This document shows positions 26,270 to 33,832 of a DNA stretch of 43,728 nt, one piece after another. Location: positions 5,750 to 49,477 of the forward strand of contig CAZRUZ010000002.1 in NCBI GenBank assembly GCA_964603275.1. Reading direction: 5' to 3'. This DNA is from an uncultured Anaerolineaceae bacterium (lineage in GTDB: Bacteria; Chloroflexota; Dehalococcoidia; Tepidiformales; Tepidiformaceae). The translations under genes and the position numbers were made by a program. Numbering within the stretch: position 1 is the stretch's first letter; every line of letters starts with the position of its first letter. The notes below the pieces were generated by a model. It saw nothing but the letters and a program-made list of their open reading frames with translations. It searched no databases and was not told the DNA's origin.

Positions 26270-27547
26270 TCAGGCCCGCAGTTGCGTTTCCACCCGTTCG
26301 ATGACGCGCTCGATCGGGAGGGTTTCCTGCTCACCACCCTCCGTCAGGTCTTTGACCACGGCCTGGCCGACCGCGAACTCGTCATCGCCGATGATGACGG
26401 CGAACTTCGCGCCGGAATGGTTCGCCCCGCGCATCTGCGCCTTCATCGACTTGCCCGTCTCGCCGATGAGCGTGGTGATGCCGCGGTCCCGCAGCCCGGC
26501 CGCAAGGGCGAAGACCTTCGCACCCGCGCCCTCGGCCCGGTGGACGATGTACACGCTCGCCGTTGCCCCGGCGTCGAACACCACGCCGTTTTTCTGCATC
26601 TCAAGGATCAGCCGCTCAATCCCGCTCCCGAAGCCGATGCCCGGGGTTGGCGGCCCGCCGAGCAATTCAACCAGCCCGTCGTAACGGCCACCACCGCCCA
26701 GCGTACCCTGCGCACGTTCGTCGTCATTCGGCACGATTTCGAACACGGTGCGATTGTAGTAGTCGAGCCCCCGCACCAGCAGCGGGTCGACCGCGACGGC
26801 GATCCCGGCCGCCGCGAGCGCACCACTCACGGCTTCGTGGTGCGCCAGCGCATCGGGGCTGAGCTGGTCGATGAGCTTCGGCGCCCCCTCCTTGAACGGC
26901 AGGTCCCGCTCATCCTTACTGTCGAGCAAGCGCAACGGGTTCCGCCCGAAGCGGCGCTGGCTATCCTCCGAAAGCCTGTCCAGGAACGGCCGGTAGTAGT
27001 CCTTCAGCCGCTCGATGTACGCCCGCCGCGGCTCCAGGTCATCGAGCGACCCGAGACGGACCGTGACGTTGCGGATGCCCAGGCGTTCGTAGAGTCGCCA
27101 GAGGAGGGCGATCACCTCGGCATCAACCAGTGGGTCGGTCGAACCCAGCACCTCGCAGGCGAACTGTGTGTGCTGGCGGTAACGCCCTTTCTGCGGCCGG
27201 TCGTAGCGGAACATGGCGTGCGTCATGTAGAGCCGGACCGGCTGCGGCCAGCTGGCCATCCCGTGTTCGAGGTAGGCCCGGCAGACCGCCGGCGTGCCCT
27301 CCGGAGAAAGCGCGAATTTCTCCCCGCCCCGGTCCTCGAAGACGTACATCTCCTTCTCCACGATGTCCGTCGTGTCGCCGCTACCCTTTTCGAACACGCC
27401 GGCGTATTCGAAGGCGGGCGTATCGATCCTCCGGAAGCCGTGCAGCCGGGTCACTTCGCGGATGCCATCGAGGACGGCGTCCCAGTACAGCTGCATGTCC
27501 GGGAGCACGTCCTGCGTGCCGCGCGGGGCCTGGTATCGCGTCGTCAT
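26270..27547 (-). CDS. hisS: Histidine--tRNA ligase
   Basis: MTTRYQAPRGTQDVLP, class II motifs (FRYDRPQKGRYRQHTQF, GGGRYD). ATG 27547. Confidence 0.95.
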   Translation of the reverse strand: MTTRYQAPRGTQDVLPDMQLYWDAVLDGIREVTRLHGFRRIDTPAFEYAGVFEKGSGDTTDIVEKEMYVFEDRGGEKFALSPEGTPAVCRAYLEHGMASWPQPVRLYMTHAMFRYDRPQKGRYRQHTQFACEVLGSTDPLVDAEVIALLWRLYERLGIRNVTVRLGSLDDLEPRRAYIERLKDYYRPFLDRLSEDSQRRFGRNPLRLLDSKDERDLPFKEGAPKLIDQLSPDALAHHEAVSGALAAAGIAVAVDPLLVRGLDYYNRTVFEIVPNDDERAQGTLGGGGRYDGLVELLGGPPTPGIGFGSGIERLILEMQKNGVVFDAGATASVYIVHRAEGAGAKVFALAAGLRDRGITTLIGETGKSMKAQMRGANHSGAKFAVIIGDDEFAVGQAVVKDLTEGGEQETLPIERVIERVETQLRA

Positions 27548-27575
27548 CGGTACTACTTCCGGCGGTGGGGATGCA

Positions 27576-27584
27576 TGGTAGGAT
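27576..27584 (+). promoter_or_regulatory. Candidate extended -10 (TGGTAGGAT) for rel
   Basis: Lies in the 73-nt divergent hisS/rel gap. GAGGA RBS sits 7 nt before TTG 27621. Confidence 0.3.
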
Positions 27585-27620
27585 AGGTCTATCGCCCCAC
27601 CCGGCATAGAGGAAACGCGC

Positions 27621-29879
27621 TTGGCGGTGCCCACCCAGGAGCCAGCTTCTTCGGCCGTCAACATCGACGCTCTGCTTGAGCGTGCTGCCCGGTACCTCCC
27701 TTCCGAACGTCTTGAAATCATCCGGGATGCCTTTGCCTACGCGAAGGAGTGCCATGAAGGCCAGCTCCGCAAGACCGGCGATCCCTTCATTACCCATCCC
27801 GTCGCCGTCGCCGAACTGGTGGCTAACCTCGAGCTTGATCACCTGGCCATTGCCGCGGCACTCCTCCACGACGTGCAAGAGGACTGCGGCATCCCGAACG
27901 AGGACCTCGCGGCAAAGTTCGGCCCCCGGGTCGCAAAGCTCGTCGATGGGCTGACCAAGCTCGACAAGCTTCCCCTGAACATCGGGGGGATCGACCCGGG
28001 CCGCGGCAGCATGCAGGCGCAGAACCTCCGCAAGATGTTCCTCGCCATGGCTGAGGACATCACGGTCGTGCTTATCAAGCTCTGCGACCGCCTGCACAAC
28101 ATGCGCACCCTCTGGGCCTTCCCGCCCGAGAAGCAGAAGCGCATCGCACTGGAAACTCAGGAGATCTTCGCGCCGCTGGCCAACCGTCTCGGCGTCTGGC
28201 AGATCAAGTGGGAGCTGGAGGACCTTGCGTTCCGCTATCTCGAACCCGAGAAGTACCGCGAGATCGCCGAGCTCCTCGCTTCCAAACGGGTCACGCGCGA
28301 GCGGGTCATCGCCGAAGCCTCAGTCGTCCTGAAAGAGCAGCTGGAAGCCGCCGGGATCCAGGCCGAAATCACGGGCCGTGCCAAACACATCGCCAGTATC
28401 TACAACAAGATGGCGCGCTACTCCGCCCAGTCGAAGTCGTTTGACCAGATCTACGACCTGCTGGCCATTCGTGTCTTCGTCGAGAGCATCGCCGAGTGCT
28501 ATCACGCCCTCGGTGTCATCCACGCCCTCTGGCGGCCCATCTCCGGGCAGTTCGATGACTACATCGGCAATCCCAAGGACAGCATGTACCAGTCGCTCCA
28601 CACCACCGTGGTGGGGCCCGGCGGCCGCCCGCTCGAAATCCAGATCCGCACCCACGATATGCACCGGGTCGCGGAGTATGGCGTCGCCGCCCACTGGCGG
28701 TACAAGGAAGGCGGCAAGCAGCAGGGCAAGGACGAGGAGCGCATCGCCTGGCTCCGCCAGCTGCTTGAATGGCAACGCGACCTCGCCGGGGCCGATGAGT
28801 TCGTCGAAAGCGTCAAAACCGACATCTTTCACGACCAGGTCTTTGTCTACACGCCCAAAGGCGACGTGCTCGACCTTCCCGCCGGCGCGACCCCGCTCGA
28901 CTTCGCCTACCGGATCCACACCGACCTCGGCCACCAGACCGTCGGCGCCAAGGTCAATGGCCGCATGGTCTCGCTCAACTCCACCGTGAAAAACGGCGAC
29001 GTCATCGAGATCATGCGTAGCCGGACGAGCAAGGGCCCATCGCGGGACTGGCTCAACAGCAACCTTGGCTACGTCCGCACGACGCACTCCAAGGAGAAGA
29101 TCCGCCAGTGGTTCCGCAAGCAGGAGCGCGCGCAGAACATCGACCTGGGCCGCGACCTCCTCGAACGCGAGATGCGCCGCCTGGGTGTCGAAATCTCCGA
29201 CCGGCAGGACCAGCTGCTGGCGATGTTCAACTATACGAACTGGGACGATTTCCTCGCCGCCCTCGGCTATGGGGGCGTGAGCACGAACTCCATCGCTCGG
29301 CGCATGGGCGCGCTCCTCGCCGAGGAAGAAGCGTCCGACGAGCCCCCGCCCGCCCTCCCCGCGAAGGAGGCCCCGGCGAGGCTTGGCGGCCCGGGCATGC
29401 GCGTCCTCGGCGTCGGCAACCTGTTGACCACCATGGCCCGCTGCTGCAACCCGGTGCCCGGTGACCAGATCGTCGGCTACGTAACCCGCACACGAGGGGT
29501 CACTGTCCACCGGGCAGATTGCCATAACATTCTCAACGAGGACGAGCACGAGCGCATCGTCGAGGTTGAATGGGGGACGGTGACCAAGCTCTACCCGGTC
29601 TCCGTCCGCATCGAAGCGTGGGACCGCGTCGGCCTCCTCCGCGACATCACGACGGTCGTGACCGAGGACAAGGTCAATATGGTCGGCGTCCGTACCAGCG
29701 AGAACGGCGACGGTTCGGTCACCATCCAGGCAACACTGGAAACGACCGGCGTCGAGCAGCTCTCCCGGCTCCTCTCGCGGATCGAGATCATCCGGGGCGT
29801 CCGCGCCGTGGAACGCAGCCAGGACCGGCGGCGCCCGAAGCAGGGCGAGCCGGCCCCGTTGCGCCGCACGGCGACCTGA
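27621..29879 (+). CDS. rel: Bifunctional (p)ppGpp synthetase/hydrolase
   Basis: HD domain (HPVAVA...LLHDVQED), synthetase (RAKHIASIYNKM), TGS (VFVYTPKGDVLDLPAGATPLDFAYRIH) and a C-terminal ACT domain. The start is TTG 27621 or GTG 27627. Confidence 0.95.
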   Translation: MAVPTQEPASSAVNIDALLERAARYLPSERLEIIRDAFAYAKECHEGQLRKTGDPFITHPVAVAELVANLELDHLAIAAALLHDVQEDCGIPNEDLAAKFGPRVAKLVDGLTKLDKLPLNIGGIDPGRGSMQAQNLRKMFLAMAEDITVVLIKLCDRLHNMRTLWAFPPEKQKRIALETQEIFAPLANRLGVWQIKWELEDLAFRYLEPEKYREIAELLASKRVTRERVIAEASVVLKEQLEAAGIQAEITGRAKHIASIYNKMARYSAQSKSFDQIYDLLAIRVFVESIAECYHALGVIHALWRPISGQFDDYIGNPKDSMYQSLHTTVVGPGGRPLEIQIRTHDMHRVAEYGVAAHWRYKEGGKQQGKDEERIAWLRQLLEWQRDLAGADEFVESVKTDIFHDQVFVYTPKGDVLDLPAGATPLDFAYRIHTDLGHQTVGAKVNGRMVSLNSTVKNGDVIEIMRSRTSKGPSRDWLNSNLGYVRTTHSKEKIRQWFRKQERAQNIDLGRDLLEREMRRLGVEISDRQDQLLAMFNYTNWDDFLAALGYGGVSTNSIARRMGALLAEEEASDEPPPALPAKEAPARLGGPGMRVLGVGNLLTTMARCCNPVPGDQIVGYVTRTRGVTVHRADCHNILNEDEHERIVEVEWGTVTKLYPVSVRIEAWDRVGLLRDITTVVTEDKVNMVGVRTSENGDGSVTIQATLETTGVEQLSRLLSRIEIIRGVRAVERSQDRRRPKQGEPAPLRRTAT

Positions 29880-29880
29880 C

Positions 29881-30090
29881 TCAAGCGGCCCGCCGGCTCG
29901 GCGGGGTCCCCGCCACTTTCCTGGAAATGCGGGGCGGTCCCGCAACTGGCCGTTGCGCGGGCCGCACACGCGCCGAGCCCACATGGGGCTCGCGGCAGGC
30001 AAGGTACTCCGCCACCATTGCCGCCAGGATCGCCGTTGCTCCGCCCACAAGGACCAGGTCGAAAAGGATTGTCAGCAGGGGGTTGACCAT
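29881..30090 (-). CDS. Doubtful small ORF (one N-terminal TM helix, Arg/Pro-rich tail)
   Basis: MVNPLLTILFDLVLVGGATAILAAMVAEY... then low-complexity sequence. No clear RBS. Listed mainly because 385 nt would otherwise be unassigned. Confidence 0.25.
   Translation of the reverse strand: MVNPLLTILFDLVLVGGATAILAAMVAEYLACREPHVGSARVRPAQRPVAGPPRISRKVAGTPPSRRAA
29889..29905 (+). terminator. Short GC hairpin after rel
   Basis: CCCGCCG-GCT-CGGCGGG, 10 nt after the rel TGA. A weak T-run (CACTTTCC) follows. Confidence 0.35.
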
Positions 30091-30127
30091 CGTTAGCACA
30101 TCCGTTCGTAGTGCTTGAACCCTACCC

Positions 30128-30160
30128 GCACATGTGTTCTGATGTCAACACAGCTGTTCT
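30128..30160 (+). promoter_or_regulatory. Tandem CACAnnTGTTCT boxes upstream of comM
   Basis: CACATGTGTTCT (30129-30140) and CACAGCTGTTCT (30149-30160) start 20 bp apart in an AT-richer island. TTGAAC lies at 30115-30120. Confidence 0.35.
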
Positions 30161-30263
30161 AAAGTCGTCACCGTTTGTCGCGTTTGCACGTGGCGTGCCA
30201 TGGCCGGGGCCGCGCTCCGCTGTTGAAGTTGACCCCCTGCCCCCGCACAGCCAGAATCCCCCC

Positions 30264-31796
30264 GTGCTCGCGAAGGTCCTCAGTTGTGCGGTCGTAGGGC
30301 TCGATGGCGAACTTGTCGAGGTCGAAGTCGATATCTCGCGCTCGCAGATGCCGTCCACGACGGTAGTCGGGTTGCCCGACACCGCGGTCCAGGAATCCCG
30401 CGAACGTGTCCGTTCGGCAATCCGTAATAGTGGGCTCGCGTGGCCTGTCAACAGCCGCGTCACGATCAACCTCGCCCCGGCCGACCTGCGCAAGGAAGGC
30501 CCCGCCTACGACCTCCCGATCGCCGCTGGCATCTTGCTCGCCTCAGGCCAGGTCGTTGCCGATGTGGAAGACGCCGTGTTCATTGGCGAACTCGCCCTCA
30601 CCGGTGATGTGCGGCCCGTCCGCGGCCTGCTGCCAATGGTCATGCTCGCCCACGCCCGGGGGATGAAGCGCGCGTTCGTCCCCGCCGAGAACGCCGCTGA
30701 AGCGCACCTCGTCCGCGGCATCCAGGTCTTTCCCACGCCAAGCCTCCCGGCGCTGGCCTCCCATCTGCTTGGCGCCATCCCTCTGCCGCCGTTTGAACCC
30801 GGCGCCGCCCCACCCACGGCGGAGCCAACTAGCGGACTCACCGATTTCGCCGACATCGTCGGTCAGGAGCATGTCAAGCGCGCCCTCGAGGTGGCGGCCG
30901 CGGGGGGACACAACGTCGTGATGAAGGGGCCTCCCGGCAGCGGAAAGACCCTGCTCGCCCGCGCCATCCCTTCGATCCTCCCGCCCCTGACCTCCGACGA
31001 GGCGATGGAGGTCACCCGCATCTACAGCGTCGCCGGGCTTCTCGGCGCCGGGGGGCCGGGTCTGGTCACCGTCCGGCCGTTCCGGGCGCCGCACCACACG
31101 ATCTCCAACGCCGGGTTGGTTGGCGGCGGGTCGGTGCCCCGGCCCGGCGAAATCACCCTCGCCCACCGCGGGGTGCTGTTTCTCGATGAGTTGCTGGAGT
31201 TCGACCCCCGTGTCCTCGAGATGCTCCGCCAGCCGCTTGAAGACAAGACGGTGACCATCAGCCGGGCGAAGCAGGCGGTGACGTTCCCTGCGAGTTTCAT
31301 CCTCTGCGCAGCCCTCAACCCGTGCCCGTGCGGCTTCTACGGTGACCCCGAACGCGAATGTGTCTGCCCGCCGCCGCAGGTTGGCCGCTACCAGCGCCGC
31401 CTCTCGGGCCCCCTGATCGACCGGATCGACCTCTTCACTGATGTCCCCCGCGTGCCCTTCGATAAGCTCGTCAACGTCTCGCGCGGCGAAACCTCAGAGG
31501 CAGTGCGGGCCCGCGTTGCCGAAGCCCGGGCCTTGCAGTCCGCGCGCTTCGTGGGGAGCGCGACCCAGACCAACGGTGAAATGACCCCTCCGGAGGTCCG
31601 CGACCATGCCCAGAAACAACTCGCGGACGGCGCCGCTGATGTCCTGAAGCTCGCCGTGGACCGCCTCAACCTGTCCGCTCGGGCGTTCCACCGGTTGCTC
31701 AAGGTAGCCCGGACTATCGCGGACCTGGACAGGAGCGGGCGGATCGAGACCGCCCACATGGCCGAGAGCATCCAATACCGGGCACGCATCGAATGA
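30264..31796 (+). CDS. comM: YifB/ComM family Mg-chelatase-like ATPase
   Basis: GTG 30264 gives VLAKVLSCAVVGLDGELVEVEVDIS. Lon-protease-like N-domain, Walker A GPPGSGKT, and a C-terminal ChlI/MCM-like region. Confidence 0.9.
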   Translation: MLAKVLSCAVVGLDGELVEVEVDISRSQMPSTTVVGLPDTAVQESRERVRSAIRNSGLAWPVNSRVTINLAPADLRKEGPAYDLPIAAGILLASGQVVADVEDAVFIGELALTGDVRPVRGLLPMVMLAHARGMKRAFVPAENAAEAHLVRGIQVFPTPSLPALASHLLGAIPLPPFEPGAAPPTAEPTSGLTDFADIVGQEHVKRALEVAAAGGHNVVMKGPPGSGKTLLARAIPSILPPLTSDEAMEVTRIYSVAGLLGAGGPGLVTVRPFRAPHHTISNAGLVGGGSVPRPGEITLAHRGVLFLDELLEFDPRVLEMLRQPLEDKTVTISRAKQAVTFPASFILCAALNPCPCGFYGDPERECVCPPPQVGRYQRRLSGPLIDRIDLFTDVPRVPFDKLVNVSRGETSEAVRARVAEARALQSARFVGSATQTNGEMTPPEVRDHAQKQLADGAADVLKLAVDRLNLSARAFHRLLKVARTIADLDRSGRIETAHMAESIQYRARIE

Positions 31797-32371
31797 GTGA
31801 TGACGGCGCGGTCATCGACTGGCTCCATGACGTCATCGGGATCGATGGCTTCCGGAGAGTCGTCCGCCGCGGCGCGTCGGGGATCCTGGTTTCGAAGTTC
31901 CCGGAGGGCTTTGCCGCGCGGCTGCACGAGACCGTCGATGCCCTTCCCGGAATGTTCGACCATGACACCGTTGCCAGCCGCTTCGCAACCTTCGCCGCCG
32001 CTGACGCTCAGCGCGTCCGAACGGAGAGCTGGCGGCTCGCCATCAATGCCGTGATCAACGACGGCGCCGAGGCGCAGGGTCTCTCGCGTGATGCGGTCGC
32101 GGAAGTGCTCGCAGGCGTCGATTCTGTTGCGGCCATCCTCGACACGATCCTCTGGACGAGCCCGGCCGGACCCGAAGCGCACGCGCCCGATCTATCAGAG
32201 GTGGCCGCGCGCGACGACATCCTCGCGCGGATGAACGCCGACCGCGGCCTCTTCACCCGCCACTACGGCATGTTCGAGGGTGTCCCGGTGGAAAACCACT
32301 GCCCGGGCGCGCTGGTGGCCCGGCGACTGTTTGCCCAGGGGTGGACCATCTGCACCGGCACTCCCGTCTAG
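31793..32371 (+). CDS. Hypothetical protein translationally coupled to comM
   Basis: ATGA overlap with the comM stop. 192 aa with GC3-rich codons. I recognise no domain. Confidence 0.6.
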   Translation: MSDDGAVIDWLHDVIGIDGFRRVVRRGASGILVSKFPEGFAARLHETVDALPGMFDHDTVASRFATFAAADAQRVRTESWRLAINAVINDGAEAQGLSRDAVAEVLAGVDSVAAILDTILWTSPAGPEAHAPDLSEVAARDDILARMNADRGLFTRHYGMFEGVPVENHCPGALVARRLFAQGWTICTGTPV

Positions 32372-33585
32372 GGGAGCGCGAGCATCCGCTCCAGCGCCAC
32401 CAGCGACCACTTCCGGGTCTCGGCATCGACATTCACTTCGTTCACCACGTGCCCGGCGACAAGTCCTTCCAGCACCCAGGCGATGTACGCGGGGTGGATG
32501 CGGTACATCGTGCTGCACGGGCAGACCACCGGGTCGAGGCAGAACACCGTCTTGTCCGGGTTCTGGTTGGCCAGCCGGTTCACCATGTTGATCTCGGTGC
32601 CCACGGCCCACGCGGTCCCGGAGGGAGCCTCGGTCACGGCCTTCAGGATCTTCTCGGTCGAGCCGCTGAGGTCAGCCGCCTGGACCACCTCCCACTTGCA
32701 CTCGGGATGGACGATCACGTTGATCCCGGGGAAGTCCTTCCGCGCCTTCTCAATCTGCTCCACGCTGAAGCGCTGGTGGGTGCTGCAGTGCCCCTGCCAG
32801 AGGATGATCTTCGCCTTGCGAAGCTGCTCCGGGGTCGTCCCGCCGTTCGGCAGGCGCCAGTTCCAGAGGACCATCTCGTCCAGCGGGATGTCCATCGCGT
32901 AGCCGGTGTTGCGGCCCAGGTGCTGGTCGGGGAAGAACAGGACCTTCTCGCCGCGCTCGAACGCCCAGCGCAACGCCTTGTCGGCGTTGCTCGAGGTGCA
33001 GACGAGGCCGCCGCGCTCGCCGACGAAGGCCTTGAGGCTGGCGGCGCTGTTCATGTACGTCACGGGCACCACGCTGGCGCCATCGCCGAGTGCTTCGTGG
33101 ATCTCATCCCAGGCTGCGTACACGTCGTCGGGGTCGGCCATGTCCGCCATCGAACACCCCGCCGCCATGTTCGGGAGGATGACCTTCACCGATTCGTCCG
33201 TGAGGATGTCGGCCGATTCGGCCATGAAGTGCACACCGCAGAAGAGCACGTATTCGGCCCCCGCCTGGTCGGCGGCGTGGCGTGCGAGCTTGAAGCTATC
33301 GCCAGTGAAGTCCGCGTACTTGATCACTTCGTCGCGCTGGTAGTGATGGCCGAGGACCACGAGCTTCCTGCCCAGCTTCGCCCGGGCCGCAGCGATCCGC
33401 CGGTCGAGTTCAGCGGGGGACATGTCGAGATAGGCCCGCGGGATGTCCTGCTGCCAGCTCACGAAGGCCGGTTCCTCCACGAGGGGGCGTGCCTCGAGTG
33501 AATCCGATGGGCAGGTATCGGGGTCCGTGTACTTCGCCAGGAGTTCGGCGTATTCCGAAGCGCTTGGCCTCACGATTGCCGTCAT
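32368..33585 (-). CDS. nadA: Quinolinate synthase
   Basis: VVLGHHYQRDEV, FCGVHFMAES, AGCSMADMA, and the cluster cysteines (CSTH, CPCSTM). GGAGGG RBS before ATG 33585. Confidence 0.9.
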   Translation of the reverse strand: MTAIVRPSASEYAELLAKYTDPDTCPSDSLEARPLVEEPAFVSWQQDIPRAYLDMSPAELDRRIAAARAKLGRKLVVLGHHYQRDEVIKYADFTGDSFKLARHAADQAGAEYVLFCGVHFMAESADILTDESVKVILPNMAAGCSMADMADPDDVYAAWDEIHEALGDGASVVPVTYMNSAASLKAFVGERGGLVCTSSNADKALRWAFERGEKVLFFPDQHLGRNTGYAMDIPLDEMVLWNWRLPNGGTTPEQLRKAKIILWQGHCSTHQRFSVEQIEKARKDFPGINVIVHPECKWEVVQAADLSGSTEKILKAVTEAPSGTAWAVGTEINMVNRLANQNPDKTVFCLDPVVCPCSTMYRIHPAYIAWVLEGLVAGHVVNEVNVDAETRKWSLVALERMLALP

Positions 33586-33599
33586 CTCGATCCCTCCGT

Positions 33600-33626
33600 G
33601 ACTTAGTGTCATTAACACACTAAGTC
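33600..33626. promoter_or_regulatory. Perfect inverted repeat GACTTAGTGT-N7-ACACTAAGTC just upstream of the nadA RBS (candidate operator)
   Basis: 10-bp arms, AT-rich relative to the surroundings. Overlaps a possible minus-strand promoter (-35 TTGATA at 33636-33631). Confidence 0.45.
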
Positions 33627-33646
33627 TGGGTATCAAAGTGCCACGC

Positions 33647-33681
33647 ACCGGAGTTCGTGTCAACCCTACACGAACTCCGGT
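33647..33681. repeat. Perfect 14-bp inverted repeat ACCGGAGTTCGTGT-N7-ACACGAACTCCGGT
   Basis: Read directly from the sequence. Lies in the divergent nadA/MCP intergenic region, so it is not positioned as a terminator. Confidence 0.5.
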
Positions 33682-33832
33682 CACCCCCAATTCAGCGGCC
33701 GCCGGGCGGCAAGCCCCGGGTTTTCACAGAGAAGCGGGAAACAACTGACTTCCATCAGGGAGTCTCCGCATGTGGCACACGCACGCTGGCCGCGATCCTC
33801 AGGAGGAAACCAAGAGATTCCCGGGGGCCCCC

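Noticed and set aside
27548-27620. T-box leader upstream of hisS
   Set aside because: The whole divergent gap is only 73 nt, far too short for a T-box. No T-box sequence (AANNNGGGTGGNACCGCG-like) is present.
30030-30080. CCAGGTCGAAAAGGATTGTCAGCAGG, faintly reminiscent of the SRP RNA domain IV (AGGUC...GGAA...AGCAGC)
   Set aside because: The flanks do not base-pair into the required helix, and the symmetric and asymmetric loop consensus is absent.
33600-33681. Possible class I NAD+ (nadA motif) riboswitch, because the leader has two tandem stem-loops and a CAACCCT loop
   Set aside because: The known nadA motif has internal bulges carrying the conserved nucleotides. Here both stems are perfect and unbulged, and the CAACCCT reads on the strand opposite to nadA. 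DNA operator or simple hairpin interpretations fit better.
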